Source of the DNA: Camelus dromedarius
Lineage: Eukaryota
Reading direction: 5' to 3'
Assembly (NCBI RefSeq): GCF_036321535.1
Contig: NC_087466.1
Location: 2,790,001-2,854,000, forward strand
DNA: 64,000 nt
Under the pieces are notes generated by a model. It saw nothing but the letters and a program-made list of their open reading frames with translations, was not told the origin of the DNA and did no database searches. Position numbers and translations under genes: made by a program. Shown here piece after piece: positions 1-13,400 of this stretch. Every line of letters starts with the position of its first letter. Within the stretch, counting starts at the first letter, position 1.

Positions 1-1422
1 AATTGAACTTTTAGATAAAAAAAAATGTCTTGATATATATTAATATATTCATTGTTATATCAATGCAGTTGCAAATTATAATTAAAAAAACCATTTTTTT
101 TTTAATGGAGTAAGGGCCCTGCCCATCTGACCTCCAGGTGCACACACTGCCTGTGTCCTTCCAAGAACTAAGGTCTCTGGGATGGTTCACTAACAGGAGG
201 GTTTTGAAGAAAGAGCAGTTTGAAAGGACACCATCTGGGGTAGGTGGATCTGGAAGGCAGGGGGTGTCCCGGTAGAGAGAGCAGGGCGGAGGGGGTGCTG
301 GCTAATCCGACTCTACTCACACCTTCTTAGATCCTGTAACCCCATAAGTGTGGTGACCCCAGCAAGACCTAAGGCCACTTCTTAGAAACTGTGACCTTGA
401 AAATGTTTCTTAGCTCCCCTGTGCCCAGTTTCCTTAACAAAAAATGGGGACAGTAGCACCCAATCCAGTTCCGAGGGCTGTTGTGAGACCCTGCCCCAGC
501 GTTTCTCAAAGCGTGCCTGGGACCATCTACATCAGAAGGAGCGGAGGGTGAAGTCTGAGAACCACAGTGAGGTGAGGCAGTCACAGGGCAGGACTGTAAA
601 GCCCATGAATGCTGATAAACTTTAAGTCCCCTCAACTGCAGCCCACACTAGACTCTCTGGAGTGCCAATTGCATTCAAGGCTGGCAGCCAAGAGCTGGCC
701 ACTGGAGCGAGGCGCTGCTGCTTGGCCAGCTGGCCCCTCGTGGGCAGGCGCTGGGCCAAGGATTACTTCTGCCCTGCAGCGTCTTGTCAAGCCCTCCTGC
801 TACATTCCTTCCAGTCTCAGCTCCCGGCTCCACCCTCATGGAAGCAGCCTCCCCACATCATCCAGCCCAGCCAGCCGAGTGCCAGGCTCCAGTATCAGCT
901 GTGATTCCACTCCCAAGATGGGGAGCCTGTGGGCAACATGTTTCTGGCATTTCTTCCTCTCGTCAGAGCCTGGGCAGGGGTGGAGTCCCAGCGCAGTAAA
1001 TGTGTGCTGGCCCTATGCGGTGCCCCTCGGGCAGGTAGGCATGGGGAGGAGGCTGGGGAGGGGCAGGTGGCAGCGGCCCCCAGGGTGGTGTGGCACGTGA
1101 GTGAGATCGTGGGTGCCTGAGGCTCCCACCCGCCTGTCTGAGAGGATGGCTGTTTGACAATAAGAATGGGACAGGCCCCAGAGCCATGAGGTCAGACCTG
1201 CTCAGAGACGCCAGGTGGGGGGCAAGGGGTGGGAGTGAGGGCCAATGTCCAGGTAGAAGCTCCCCGGCCTTTTCTGCAGGACACCAGCAGGGAGAACACT
1301 CAGGAGGTGTGTGCAGAATGCAGGGAGAGGCGAGGGAAGGGCTGGAGGGCCAACAGGGACGGGCATGACCCTCTGACAGCAGAAAGGCCTCGAGCTGCTG
1401 GCTCTGGAGAAAACAGAATATG

Positions 1423-1428
1423 TTTAAT
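1423..1428 (-). terminator. TOP3B: TOP3B poly(A) signal (ATTAAA)
   Basis: TTTAAT on + strand, about 40 nt past the stop codon. Confidence 0.65.
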
Positions 1429-1466
1429 GATTTCCAAGGACACGGTGTGGAGTCCAGGCTGGGCCA

Positions 1467-4400
1467 TCACACGAAGTAGGCAGCCAGGGCTGACATCTTG
1501 TCCTTGGGCCGCCTGGCACCGGGCCTTCCCGCCGGCCTCCGGCCCCGGCCCCGGCCCCGGCCCTGCCTCCTCCCAGGCCCACGGTGCATGGGGTGGCAGG
1601 AGGCTGCGTGCTTCAGCTCCACCAGCTCCTGGAAGATGGGGTCGCAGAAGACGCAGCCCGTGTGCTGCGTGCTGTCGCCCGGCAGCGGGGACTTGGCCTT
1701 GTTGAAGTCCACGTCCAGCAGGGCAGCCTCGCAGGCGCCGCAGGTGTCGGCGGACACGCGCACGCGGTGGGCGTTCTCAAAGCAGTGTGCCACCACGTTG
1801 CACCTGTTGCAGGCCACCCGCCACTTGGGGCCAGAGGTTGGGTCAAGCACCAGCACGCCGCTCTCGCACTCCACGCACTGGCCGATGCCCAGCATGCTCA
1901 GCGAGTGCTGGCAGGTGGGGTGTGTGCACTCATTGCAGCCCGTACCTGGCGGGGGAGGGGGGCAGCTGTGATGCACACTTGCCTGCCCACCCCGACCTCG
2001 TCCCAGCAGAATGTGCCCCACCTGCCCTGCGCACCAAGACCCTGGGCCCTGCTTCTCCAAAACCTCCTCAACCTCTGAGGTCCCCCTACCCGGGGGGCTA
2101 TAATGGCGTTTCCAGAAGGCCTTCCTGGCGGCCTCCAGCTTCACCGTGGCCTACGAGGGGCTATCAGTTGCCCTAGAAGCTGCGGGAGGACAGGGATGGG
2201 TATCACTGAGAGTGCTGGTGATCGAAGGCTGGGTGGGGCACCCTTGCACTCACCCCAGCCCCAGATAGGCCCAGCACGCCCACTGCCCAGGTCGTGAGTG
2301 AGCCGACCACAGTCAACCATCCAACTGTGACCAGGGCAGTGGGCCCTTGAGCACATACACCTGGTGTCCCTGCCCCAGGGCGCACGGGGAGGGCAGGGGC
2401 GCCTCAGAGCCCAGAGTGACGCAGAAGCTCAGGGGATGGACAGGCTGCCGGCTCACCTTTCTTCATGTCCCGGAAGGGCGGGTGGTTGGAGCAATAGGGG
2501 CACAGCGGGTAGCTCTTGCCCCGCGAGCCCGACGACCACAGAGCCAGCTCGAAGTCATCCAGCGGGCAGCGGAGCTCCTTGTACAGCTTGATGGTGCCGT
2601 TCTGGGGGAGGCTGTAGGTCTCGTCACAGTGTGCGCAGTGCAGGCGGCTCGGCTTGGCCTGTGAGGGGGGCATGCAGCTGCTGGGGCCACCCACCTGCCA
2701 TGGTTCTCCCGATTCAGGATGTGACGTGTGACACGTCATACCCCGGAGGACAATGTGACACGTGCCACAAGACCCGTGACACAAGCACATAGCACGTGGT
2801 GGCTGCAGCCAGCATCTACCGTGTAACACCTGTGCATGACACATAACACGCGGCGTGTAACACGGCACGCACAGCAGGGAACACGCGATACCCAGCACTG
2901 TCATGGCCTCTCGGGTGTGGACCCCTGGCCACTGAGTCTCAGGACACTTGCTCCACACGCAGAAAGTTCTCAAATCCCTGCACACGTGTTAGTATCCGTG
3001 ACAGCAAGGACTGTGTTGTCCAGAAAAAGGCGGCCCAACAGCTTACATGCTGCTGGGATCTGGGGGTAATGGTGGGAGTTTGCTGGCAGGGCCACCAAAG
3101 CTGGTCAGTCACTTGGTGTGATGCAACTGGGGCGAGGCCTACAGAGGTGACGAGAGCGGCCCTGTCTGTACACACCTGTCCCTGGGTGTCACAGCCCCTC
3201 AGCCCACCTACCTGGATGTACTTCATGAACCGGTGGCACTTCCCACAGCGGGAGAGGGGCTTGCCTGTGGCCGCCAGAGGCGAGAAGGACACCTCCATCA
3301 ACTCATCCATGCCTGAAAGCCAGTGGCGTAGAGTCACACCTCAGCCTCGGGCGCCCACCTCCCCACCAGTGGCCAGGGTACTGGGTGGGTTGGGGGAGCC
3401 ACGGCATGGGGCCAAGGGTCTGAGAGTGAACTGGTCTCTGGCCCCGAGGGTGGAGTTTCCACATCAGTAACTGAACAGTGAGCAGCAGCCCCGTTTGTCA
3501 GATGAGCCGTTTGCCCTGCATGTGCTGTTACCAACTGCTCTGTAACCCCGGCATTGGCCCGTCCTCCCAATGGACGCCTGGAGCCCACAGCCCGGATCTG
3601 GGAGCTGGTCTCACTGCCAGAGGTGGTAGCCCTGACTCCAGCCTCCTTACCGGCGATGGAGTCCACAAAGTAGTGGAACTTCCTCTTGAAGACGTCCAGG
3701 GTGTGGCCCAGGACCTGGCGGTAGTCGGCCCTACCCTGAGCGATCAGGTTCAGCTGCTTCTCAACTGCACTGCGGATGGTGGGGAGCACCAGCTCTGCAT
3801 CTGCGGGGTGGGGAACACCACTGAGCCCCGACACCAAGGGGCCAGCCCTGCTAAGGCAGGTCCTGGGAGGGGCGGTGGCAGGGCTCACCGATCTTGTAGT
3901 AGCCGTGCACTAGCACGATGCCCAGGTTGGTGGGCCGGAGCCGCCGGCCGCTCTCCACCACCACGTAGTTGCGCTGGCAGATGTTGTTGATGTGCACAGG
4001 GATGCTGGCGTCCGTCCCTGTGAGCACAGCAAGGCCCTGTTGCCCTGGGCTCCCCCTTCACCCCACCTGCTTTGGGGCCCCGGATGCCACACCTCAGACC
4101 TTTCTTGTGAACCCAGGGTCCATGCTCCCAGAGGCTCTGTGAGGTTAAGGAACATGGCCAAGGTCACAGAGCTCGTCTGCCTGCCTCTCACACCTGGTAA
4201 ATGCGATCTGCTTGGCCCTCCCTGCCTTGATCCTGTGGCAAAACCCCTTCCAGAACCAGAGCCCAGACCCCAGGAACGTGGAGGGGCCTCCCTGCCAAAT
4301 CATCCCTCTGAAACCCGCCTGGGTTTGCCCACTTTCTGGCTCCTGGGTCCCTCGTGATCAGAACCCGGGCAGGATCCCAGTTCCAGGGTGCACCTCCCCC

Positions 4401-7400
4401 AGAGACGTCAAGGTTGCCCGGCGCTGCCAGGTGACGCCTTTATTGCTCCTGAGGCCGAGGAGCCCACCGAGGTCCGGGCACCGTGACCCGGTTGTCCCCT
4501 GGCCCCCTAGAGCCTGTCACCGCGAGGGACCTGGTCAGCAGTTCCCCTCACAGTGAGCGCTGCCTGGGGAGAAGGCCCCAGCACGAGGCCGGCCCTAAGC
4601 ATGAGGACGGGGGTCACAGCCCCTGGGCCTGGGCGAGACCCCCTTGCCTGTGAGGTGCTTGCATCAGTGTCCCCACAAGCTCACCTGTCCGGCACATCTA
4701 CACCCCCCATAGGGAAATGGTCTGGTGAGAACTTGGTTTTCCTATCGCCTGTGTGGGTTCTGATCTGAGTTTTGTGTCTTCCTTGCAGGTGAATCACTTG
4801 CGCCCTGGGCCAGCACTCGGCCCGGGGGTGGTGGGTGGTGGTCCTGTGGCCAGGGCCCCAGGCAGAGGCCCCAGCCCCGGCTCGGCTGGCTGCCCTGGCA
4901 CTGCTGGACCCACCGATGCCGTGCTTCTCCATGAGCGTGATGAGCTCGGCCTCCGTCAGGTAGTCGGGGGGGCTTGTCTGCTTCTCCAGCATCTTGACCT
5001 CGCCCACGGCGAGGCTGTCACCCCTCTGGCAGGTGGGCAGGCTCTCCTCCAGGGGGATGCTCTGCCAGGGCATGATCTCTGTGAAGCCTGCAGAGACAGG
5101 GCGCCGCCGCTCAGGGCCTGAGAGCAGGGCTGCCCACCTGGGTCCCCCGAGGTGCCCGAGCGTCTGTGGACGGGGAGGGGCGTCCGCCTGGCCGCACCCC
5201 ACCTGGGGAGATGACGGTCTTGCCCGTGCAGGTGAAGCGCTCGGGCCCGATGCGGAAGGAGACGCTGCTCTGCAGGTACCTGCAGTCGTGGCTGACCGTG
5301 GCGATGAAGTGCCTGGTGATGTACTCGTACAGCCGCCAGGCCTCGCCCCCTGTGGTGGGCACGGCTGGTTAGCGGCCGGGCGGGGGCACCAGGAAGCCCG
5401 GCATGCCAGCACTGGCCTGCTCCAGAGCCTGAGACCGGGAGGGACCTGCTCCCACCTCCTGCCCCTGCTCCCAGGGGATCTGCTCTCCAGGGCCTGGCCT
5501 GCCCCACAAACCACCTGCCACCTTCGCTTCAGACTGGGGCTTCTGTCTCCACCGCAGCCTCGCTCCCCTGCCTCATCCTGGCACGCGGGCCACCAGCATC
5601 ACCTTGTGGCAGGGAGGTGAGGGCACCCCATGGTTGAGCCTGTCCCCTGCCCGGTCTCAACCGATCTGTCTGGCCACCTGCCTGCCCACCCACCTCACCC
5701 CACCTCCTGCAGCAGCACCCACACCTGCTTTCACACACCTGCTGCCACCACTTCACTCCTGTCCCATCCATGGAGACAGAGCACAACTTTCAGGTGGCCC
5801 CTTCATCCCAGCCGGGGCAGGGGGACCCCACACTGCCAAGGAGGCCTGATAAGGGCCAGAGGTGCCATGTCCCGAAGCCCCTCACCCCACCCTCCTTGGA
5901 AGCTCAAAGCCTGAGTGTGTGTGTGCACGTGTGTAGGAATGTGTCTGTGTGAGGGCGTGAGCATGTGTGTGGGGAGTGTGAGGGTGAGAACGTCGGAGGA
6001 GCCGCAATACCTAATTCGGCCTCTGTGGCGGATCTCATGGGGGTGATGGGGGGGTGGTCGCCAGCATCGTGGCCTTTCCGTGGGCGGTTGATGCCTTCCG
6101 CCAACAACCGCTTCACCTGCAGGGGGGACATGAGGCAGAGCTGAGTTCAGGTGCGGCTGCCCACCCACGAGGACGAGGCCCGTGGGCTGGGGCTCCAGCC
6201 TCACCGTGTCGGCCCAGTAGGGGTGGTTGGCCTGCTGCCGCAGAGGCCCCTTGAGGTCGAAGTTCTCGGGGTAGTGGGTGGTCTCGGTCCGCGGGTAGCT
6301 GATGTAGCCCTGCGTGTAGAGGCGCTCGGCCGTCTGCATGGCATGCTGCGGGCCCATGCCTGCGGAGACAGAGGCCCAGCGGCCCCAGTGCCAGGACGGC
6401 AGACGCCCGCCCCGGGCCTGGGCACTCAAGCTCCTGGGAGGCGAGCGTGGCTCTGAGCAGCTGGGGGACTGTGCCCACACAGCCTTCCCCAAGGCCAAGC
6501 TTCCCACCTCCAACAGGCACGCCTGTGTCACCCGAGATGTTGAAATGTGGCCTTCAGAAAACCTGTCTCATGCCCTGCCTGGAGCCACCCTAAGCCCTGG
6601 GCTCTGTGATGTCTGGCTAAGACAGTGGAATCTGCACATGCCCTCCGTCCTGAGCCCTCAGGGGTTTCTGTCCTCCAAATCCAGGGCCACTGATGGAGGC
6701 TCATCCCTCTGTTCCTCCCTGAGCCACAGTCTGGCCTAGCTAGCAGGTACTCGATGTCATCGCTGACCCATGAAGGTCCCCAGAGGTGCTGCTCTGACAG
6801 GACACTGCCTACGGTTTCCTGAGGCTGCAGAGGGGTCACTGGTGCCTGGGGGCCGACAGCTGTGAGAGACCAACCTTTCAGCATAACCTTCTTGCCACTG
6901 TGGAAACGAGGCTCAGAGAGGCCACGTCACACCAGTTACACTGTCCTGAGCAGGAGACACGGGCCTCAGTGCCCTGCCCACACCTGGCCTCTCCCTGCAC
7001 CAGGGACGCCAGCGCTGCCTGTCCCCCTTGGTGGCCACCTTGTCACAACTGCTATTGTTAGGATGCTCAGTTTCACACCAGGGAAACCTAAGACAGCTTA
7101 GAGAGAAGGGGACTGCGGTCGCCCATTTTCTCACGAGGAAACTGAAGCTTCAGGACAAGGAAGCAAGGGGCCTGGCTGGGATTTGTACCAATTTTTCGTT
7201 CTGGAGCTGGAACTCCACTGTTTAACGCCTTGGAGTGGGTGGCACCCAGCCAGGGACACATGAGGGCCCAGTGGCTGCTCAGACACTTAGTGACATGAAA
7301 TGGTCTGGTTTTCCCCACAATTCAAATACGCTGTTGAGTGTTAACCAACAGTCCTATGAAAGGGAATCCTCCCTGCTGTTTGTTGTCACTTGTTACTGCT

Positions 7401-10400
7401 TTGGAATTTAAGAGAAATAAAATCCACGTGATGTTCTGACTCCCTCTAAGCCTCGGGTGATGGTGCATAGTGGGGGTGCCAGCATAGGTGAGCAGGGGTG
7501 GGGGGTCCTGGCACAGGTGAGCAGGGGTGGGAAGGGTGCCAGCACAGGTGAGAGTGGGCACTGTCCTGAATTCCCAGGCGTGGTACCAGGGCTGAACAAG
7601 GTCGCCACACACCTGCCCCAAGAATTCTCCTGGGGACTTTGAAGTGATGTCCACACTTACCCAGAGAAGAGCTGGCCACACGTAGCATCTCCACGGTGTT
7701 CAGGGCCAGGGGCCTCTGCTTGGCCTTCTCTTTCCTGCTTGTGGCCTCCACCTGGGAAACAGAACAGATTCAGAGGGGCAGGAACACAAGAGGATCAGGG
7801 CGTGTGGCCAAGGGTCTGGTCTCTTCTGTTTGGTTTCCCTGCTTCTCTGATTCACTCATTTTTTAAAAAATTGCTTTATATTCAGTTTACAATGTTGTGT
7901 CAATTTCCAGCGTACAGCACAATTTTTCAGTCATACACAAACATACATGTATTAATTTCCTATTCTTTTTCACCATGAGCTACTATGAGGTCTTGAATAT
8001 ATTTATTTCCCTGTGCTGTACAGTATAAACTTGTTTATTTCGATTCACTCTTCACAGAGGTCTTAAGGCTTGAATGAAATTTGTTCAGGCCCATGAAGGG
8101 CAAAAGGAAGGAAGTTCTTTCCTAGAGAATTTTCTAGGGAAACAGAAAACCTGGAAGAACTGGGAAGGGTCAGGAAAAGGGGCCACAGACTGAAAGCCCA
8201 ACGGCAGCCAGTGCCATCTAGGCCGCAGGGATGGTAGGGCCCAGAGGCCAAGGGAAGCAGGCCCCTCGCAGGGCAGCCGTGTGCCTCGCTGCACCCACTA
8301 GTGTTGCTACACCTTCCAATTTGTCAAGAGAAGCTGGAAATTGGAACTTTTATGTGAAATATCATAACTTTTATATGTGGTAACCATTTTGAAAGTTTTG
8401 TAAACAGCACGCACTTTAAGTAAAATTGTGGTTCAACCTCTGGGCTGAATAGGTGTCAGAAGAGATGTCTGTGGCAAAAACAATCTAAACCTGTCAACTG
8501 CCACGCCTCACCCCTGCCAACCCCACACAGACCTGGCCAGGGCCATGTCCCCTGCACCCTGGGTAAACGTGGGGCTCACGCGGAAGCCAGGTGGTGCCTG
8601 TGCAGCAGTGGAGGCTGGGGTCACAAGGGGTGGGATTCGAGCATGGTGGCCGTCGAGGGGAGAAGCATGGGGCAGCTTTAGGAGAAGTTCTGGAGCCTGA
8701 GTCACCTGCAAGCTGGCCAGCAGGGCACCCAGGACTGCTTAAGAAGGACAGGGAAGGCGGCTGAAGGAGGCAGGTGTGCCTCACTGACCACAGTAGCCAA
8801 CACAATGGCAGGGCGTAAGCTGCAGCGGTCTCGGACCTGCCCCGCCCCACGCCGCCAGCTCCAACCTCATCCTAACAGCCGCGCGGCATGGGCTTCCCAC
8901 TCTTGAAACCCTGAGCAAGAAATGCAGCACATAAAGGCCACAAAAGCAGAGGCCCAGAGCTGCCCACACTAGCTGCAGGCACACAGGGCCCTCCGGCTGT
9001 CAGCTGGAGGCATCGCAGGAAAAGGACCTGTGGGAGGAATCTGCTCCAAGGAAGCAATGCCCACAGGGTGGCGGCAAGGGGAGTGTGGAGGGGCCTGGTA
9101 GGTAGCTGGCGGCGGGTTGCATCTCCTGGTCAGAGCAGGTAGGCGATGCACTAAAGCTACTGCCCAGGCACAAATATCTCAGTAGGAGCACACACATGAG
9201 TAATTGTTCTTCTTTCTAAAGGTGTCTGTTTTAGGAAGCGGCAGAAACACGTGAGCCTAGGTCAGCAGCGGCATCCCAGGGCTGCCCCTCCCAGAGGCAA
9301 GTGGACAGCTGTGCTGGAGCAGGCCCACCTGGGCTTCCTTCTCCAGCTTCGTCATGTTCAGAAACATCTGGGCGATCTCCCGGTCGAACACTCGCACTCG
9401 GTCCCAGTCCAAAAGGAGAGATCTGTCCTTATCAGTGATCACCTGCAGGATGAGGGACACAGGACAACCCGGGAGAGAAAAGGTCCAGGTGAGCCACTGC
9501 TGGGGGAGAATTGAGACAGATGGAGCTGGTCTTTGTGAGCAAAACGGTCCCGGCTCTAAAGCTCTCGCAACCATACCTGTTCAGGTGTGCAGGCACACAG
9601 GTACACAGGCTGAGACCCAGCCCCACTCCAGGTGGAGGCTGCTCTGACACCAGGACCCCTGCTGAGGCCAGGCGGCAGGATTCATGAGGCAAGCCCAAAG
9701 CCAAGGCTGATGTGTCCTTCAGGGGCATCGGAGCCCCCACCTTTCACGCGATCCCTGCACACCCACTGAGCCAGTACAGCACCAAGTGTGGTCCCAGACC
9801 CGCATCAACCAGAGCAGCTCTGAATTATGCTTTAAATCTCAGGAGAAGCTTCCATGTCATGCAGAGAAGGGGGTCTAAGACTTTTTGTTTGCTTGTTTTG
9901 TTTCATTGTTTTTTGTTTTGGGGGAGGTAATTAGATATTTATTTTGATGGAGGCACTGGGGATTGAACTCAGGACCTTGTGAGCAAAAGGCACATGCTCT
10001 ACCACTCAGCTAAACCCTCCCACCTAAAAGTCAGTGGCTCAGGGCCCTCAGTCCAGTCCTCGGGCCTGACTGCCACAGCTGTGGCCCCAACACGTGACCG
10101 CACCCCACACTGCCAAAGCTGAGATTACTCCCTCTAATCGAGATTCAACGCACCCAGGCCCAGCCTTGTCCTGCCGCCTCCATGAAGGCTGGGGCCTCCC
10201 TGGGCACCTGCGACCACTGCCTGGTGGGCCAGCTGTCCACACATGTGCCCTTGGCCTGGGGACTAAGACGACGAGGATGGGGGCTCCCAGAATCCACACC
10301 CAAGCCAGAGGGAGCCAGCGTGAACACAATGGGGCGAACCTTGGCCTGCAGCACCCAGTAGGTCTCGGGCTTGAAGGACTGGATCCTGTCATGTCTCTCC

Positions 10401-13400
10401 ACGCAGAAGCCCAGCGTGGGGGTCTGGCATGGCCCGAAGGAGATAAGCGAGCTGTCCAGGTTGCCGTATTTCCCCTGGAAGTACTTGGTCTGGAACCTGC
10501 CAGGGCGGCGGGAGAGAGGAAGACGGTTCAGTCCCGCGTTCAGTCAAGCATCATGAGCCACCGGTGGGAGGCAGGTAGGGGCTGGCTGGCGGGCGCGGGA
10601 GGCCCAAGGCAGATGCTCTGGGCTCAGAAGGCCCAGTAAGAGGACCTGCTGGGCACAGGGCCAGAGGGAGTCGTGTGTGCGCTGACAGAGCCACAGGAGA
10701 GAGCAGAGGCTGAGCGCTGGGCAGGAAGGAGAGAGCAGAGGCTATGAGCACTGGGGCAGGAGATCCTCCCATTTTACTCCAAGCACCCCCTAGACCCGCC
10801 CACTCTTCTTGTGGAGCAGGGGCCTCTGTCTGTGGTCTGCGTCAACTACAGAGGGAGTTTTCACAGGGATTTAAAAGTGGTGACACTCTCGCGTTGCTGA
10901 TTAGACAGGGCACAGACTAGGACCAGTCGAGGCAGCGGCCGGCGGGGGGCAGGGGCACCTGGTGAAGGCGCAGCCGATGCGCAGGTCCAGCTCCTGCCGC
11001 GCATCTACTGAGAGCGCCTCGTTGTGGTCGGGCTCGCCCAGGCGGGCCATAGCGTTGCAGATGTCTGTGTCGGTGATGGAGCTGAACCTGGCCCGGAACA
11101 CCGTCTTCTCGCCCCCATGGGCCCGACTCATGACCGGCAGCACAGCGTCCAGGACCTGCGGGAGGCGCCCGGCTGTAAGGCTCCGCTCTGCCCCGCCCTA
11201 ACCTGCACCGCCTGGCTCCTCCCACTCCCGCCAGACCCGCCTCCATCACCTCCCCTCCCAGAAGTCTGTCTCGCGCAGGACTCCTTTCCTTTGGGCAACA
11301 AACATGTTCCAAGTCCCACTCCTCTTGCTGCCCCCTCTCTCCCTATGGCTGCTCCCCCAACCCCCACCAACCTCCAAACCCAGAAGCATTTCTGCCAAGA
11401 ACGCAAGGGAACTCAGCCTCCAAGTCCTCCCAATTTGGACCCACTTCCCCTCCTTCTAGAGGAGGGAGTTTAGGAGGGGTGGGTCGATTTGAGACTTTTC
11501 AGAGATGGGAGGAAAGACAGAGAAGAAAAAAGAAGGAAAGGCCGTGGACGGGAGCGGGGGGCTGGGGCGGCTCAGGCCTAGAGCACAGTGGGGTCCTGGG
11601 GTCCTGGAGCCCAGACTCACTAAGAATTAGTGAAGGCCGTGCAGTGGGAGGGGAGTCACCGCTGGAGCCTGGCCACGCAGCTTCTTTACGGGGAGGAAGT
11701 GGCCTGTTTCCAAGGGGAGAAAGCCGGTGAGCTGCCACCCTTCTCCACCCCAGACGCAAAGGTCCCTGGGGAGGAGCAGCCCTGTGGGAGACGGAGGGCC
11801 TGATGGGTTTCCTGAGGGCGCCAAGCCATGGGTGAGAGTAGGGGACGGAGGCAGGAGGGGACCTGTCTGGAGTCATGGCCTGGGGTACCTGTGCAGGCAG
11901 GCAGGGAGCTCCACCTTCTCCTGGGGGAGGGCTGCCTGGGGGTGGCAGAGACAGAGGTGGTAGAAGAGGACGGAGCAGGTGGGAGGTGAGAAGAGGGAGG
12001 CGAGTGAAAGGCTGTCGGCCAGCACTGGTGGAAGGTGGGAAGGTCGCTGCCTTGAGATGGGAGGGGGGGCCACTGCGCTCAGCACCACCCTCCCCTGGAG
12101 ACAGCCCTGTTCCAGCCCCCACCTGGGAAATCCTGCTCCCTCACAATGTACCAGCAGGTGAGGGGAAGCTCTTCACCCTGAGTGGAGCCTGTGCCTCTCA
12201 AACTGTCTATAGAATCTCCAGAGCGAGGGGAGAGGCTCTGGTGCCCCGGCAGGGCTGGTGCCTCTGCGGCAGCGTGGGCCCAGGGAGGGCAGGGCAGCGG
12301 CGGGCACGCAGCCCCGGGCCTCACCTCGAAGCAGATGTTCTCCCCCTCCTTGTCGCAGTCCAGCCACAGCACAATGTAGTCACAGCCTTTGCCCTCCACC
12401 TGCGCACAGCACACGGGGACTCGCGTCTGCCTCGGCCCAGCCCCGGAGCCCTGAGCCCAGTCAGGAGGCCTGGAGCCCAGGGCAGGCCCAGGCGGGGCGG
12501 AGGAGCCGGCTACAGTCAGCTTCCTTAGGCTCTCAAGAAAGAATTTCATACACAACTGCTGCTTTTTGGACAACAAATGTTATAAGTGCCATATGATCTT
12601 AACCCCCAAAACTGCATTAAAAAAAGGCTTAGAGGAAAGAACTAAACGTAACAGTGGCTGCCTGGGGTAGTGTGACCATAAATAACTTTTTCTTCTTTCT
12701 ACTTATCTCTATTTTCCAAGTTTCCATCACATGTATGCATTTGTTTTAAAATCAGGAAACCACCACCACCAAATGCTCTACTTTAAGAGCAGGCCCTGCT
12801 CTGGGGGCTGACGGTGTTGGGGAGGAGTGGGCCCGGGGCACGTCGGGGCGAGTGGGGCGCTGGGGCCAGGACGCACCTGCAGGAACTTCACCATGTTCAG
12901 CTTGGGGTTGGCCTCCTTCTTCTCGGTCGGGGCCTGGCTGAACAGCTCGGCGGGGTCCACCTTGTCCCACTTGTTGTACCTTCCTACAGATGCGGCAAGG
13001 GGACGTCAGAGTCACACACTTCTCGGCTTCTCCCAGCCCCCTCTGCCCCACCCTCCTCCTCACAAGGACTTGGACCCAGGAGGACGGTGGGGACAGAGAG
13101 TCTCAGAGAACCACTTGCTCAGAGCAGGCCCTTCCTTGCCCTGAGCTGTGAGCCCACACCACACCTCAGCCATGTGCAGGAGTCACGCAGGCTCTGGGCA
13201 CACCCTGTCTCCTCTTCCAGCCTGGTGGTCGGCCAGCACCCGACAGGGGCTCAGCAGATCCCGGGAGCATCAGCCCCGTTTTGCCCTATGTCCGGGGCAC
13301 CCCCTACTTCTCCATGTGGGGTTTGGGGCTCATGTGCCCAGCCTTGAGGCTTCCTTCCAGGCCTCACCGGTCAGACATAGCCAAGTTCAAGTCCTGGCTC

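Noticed and set aside
1946-2144. In-frame ORF extension upstream of the last TOP3B exon ([10 protein letters not shown]...)
   Set aside because: It lies in intron 17. A good acceptor at 1946-1947 joins exon 17 in frame and the extension has no TOP3B similarity.
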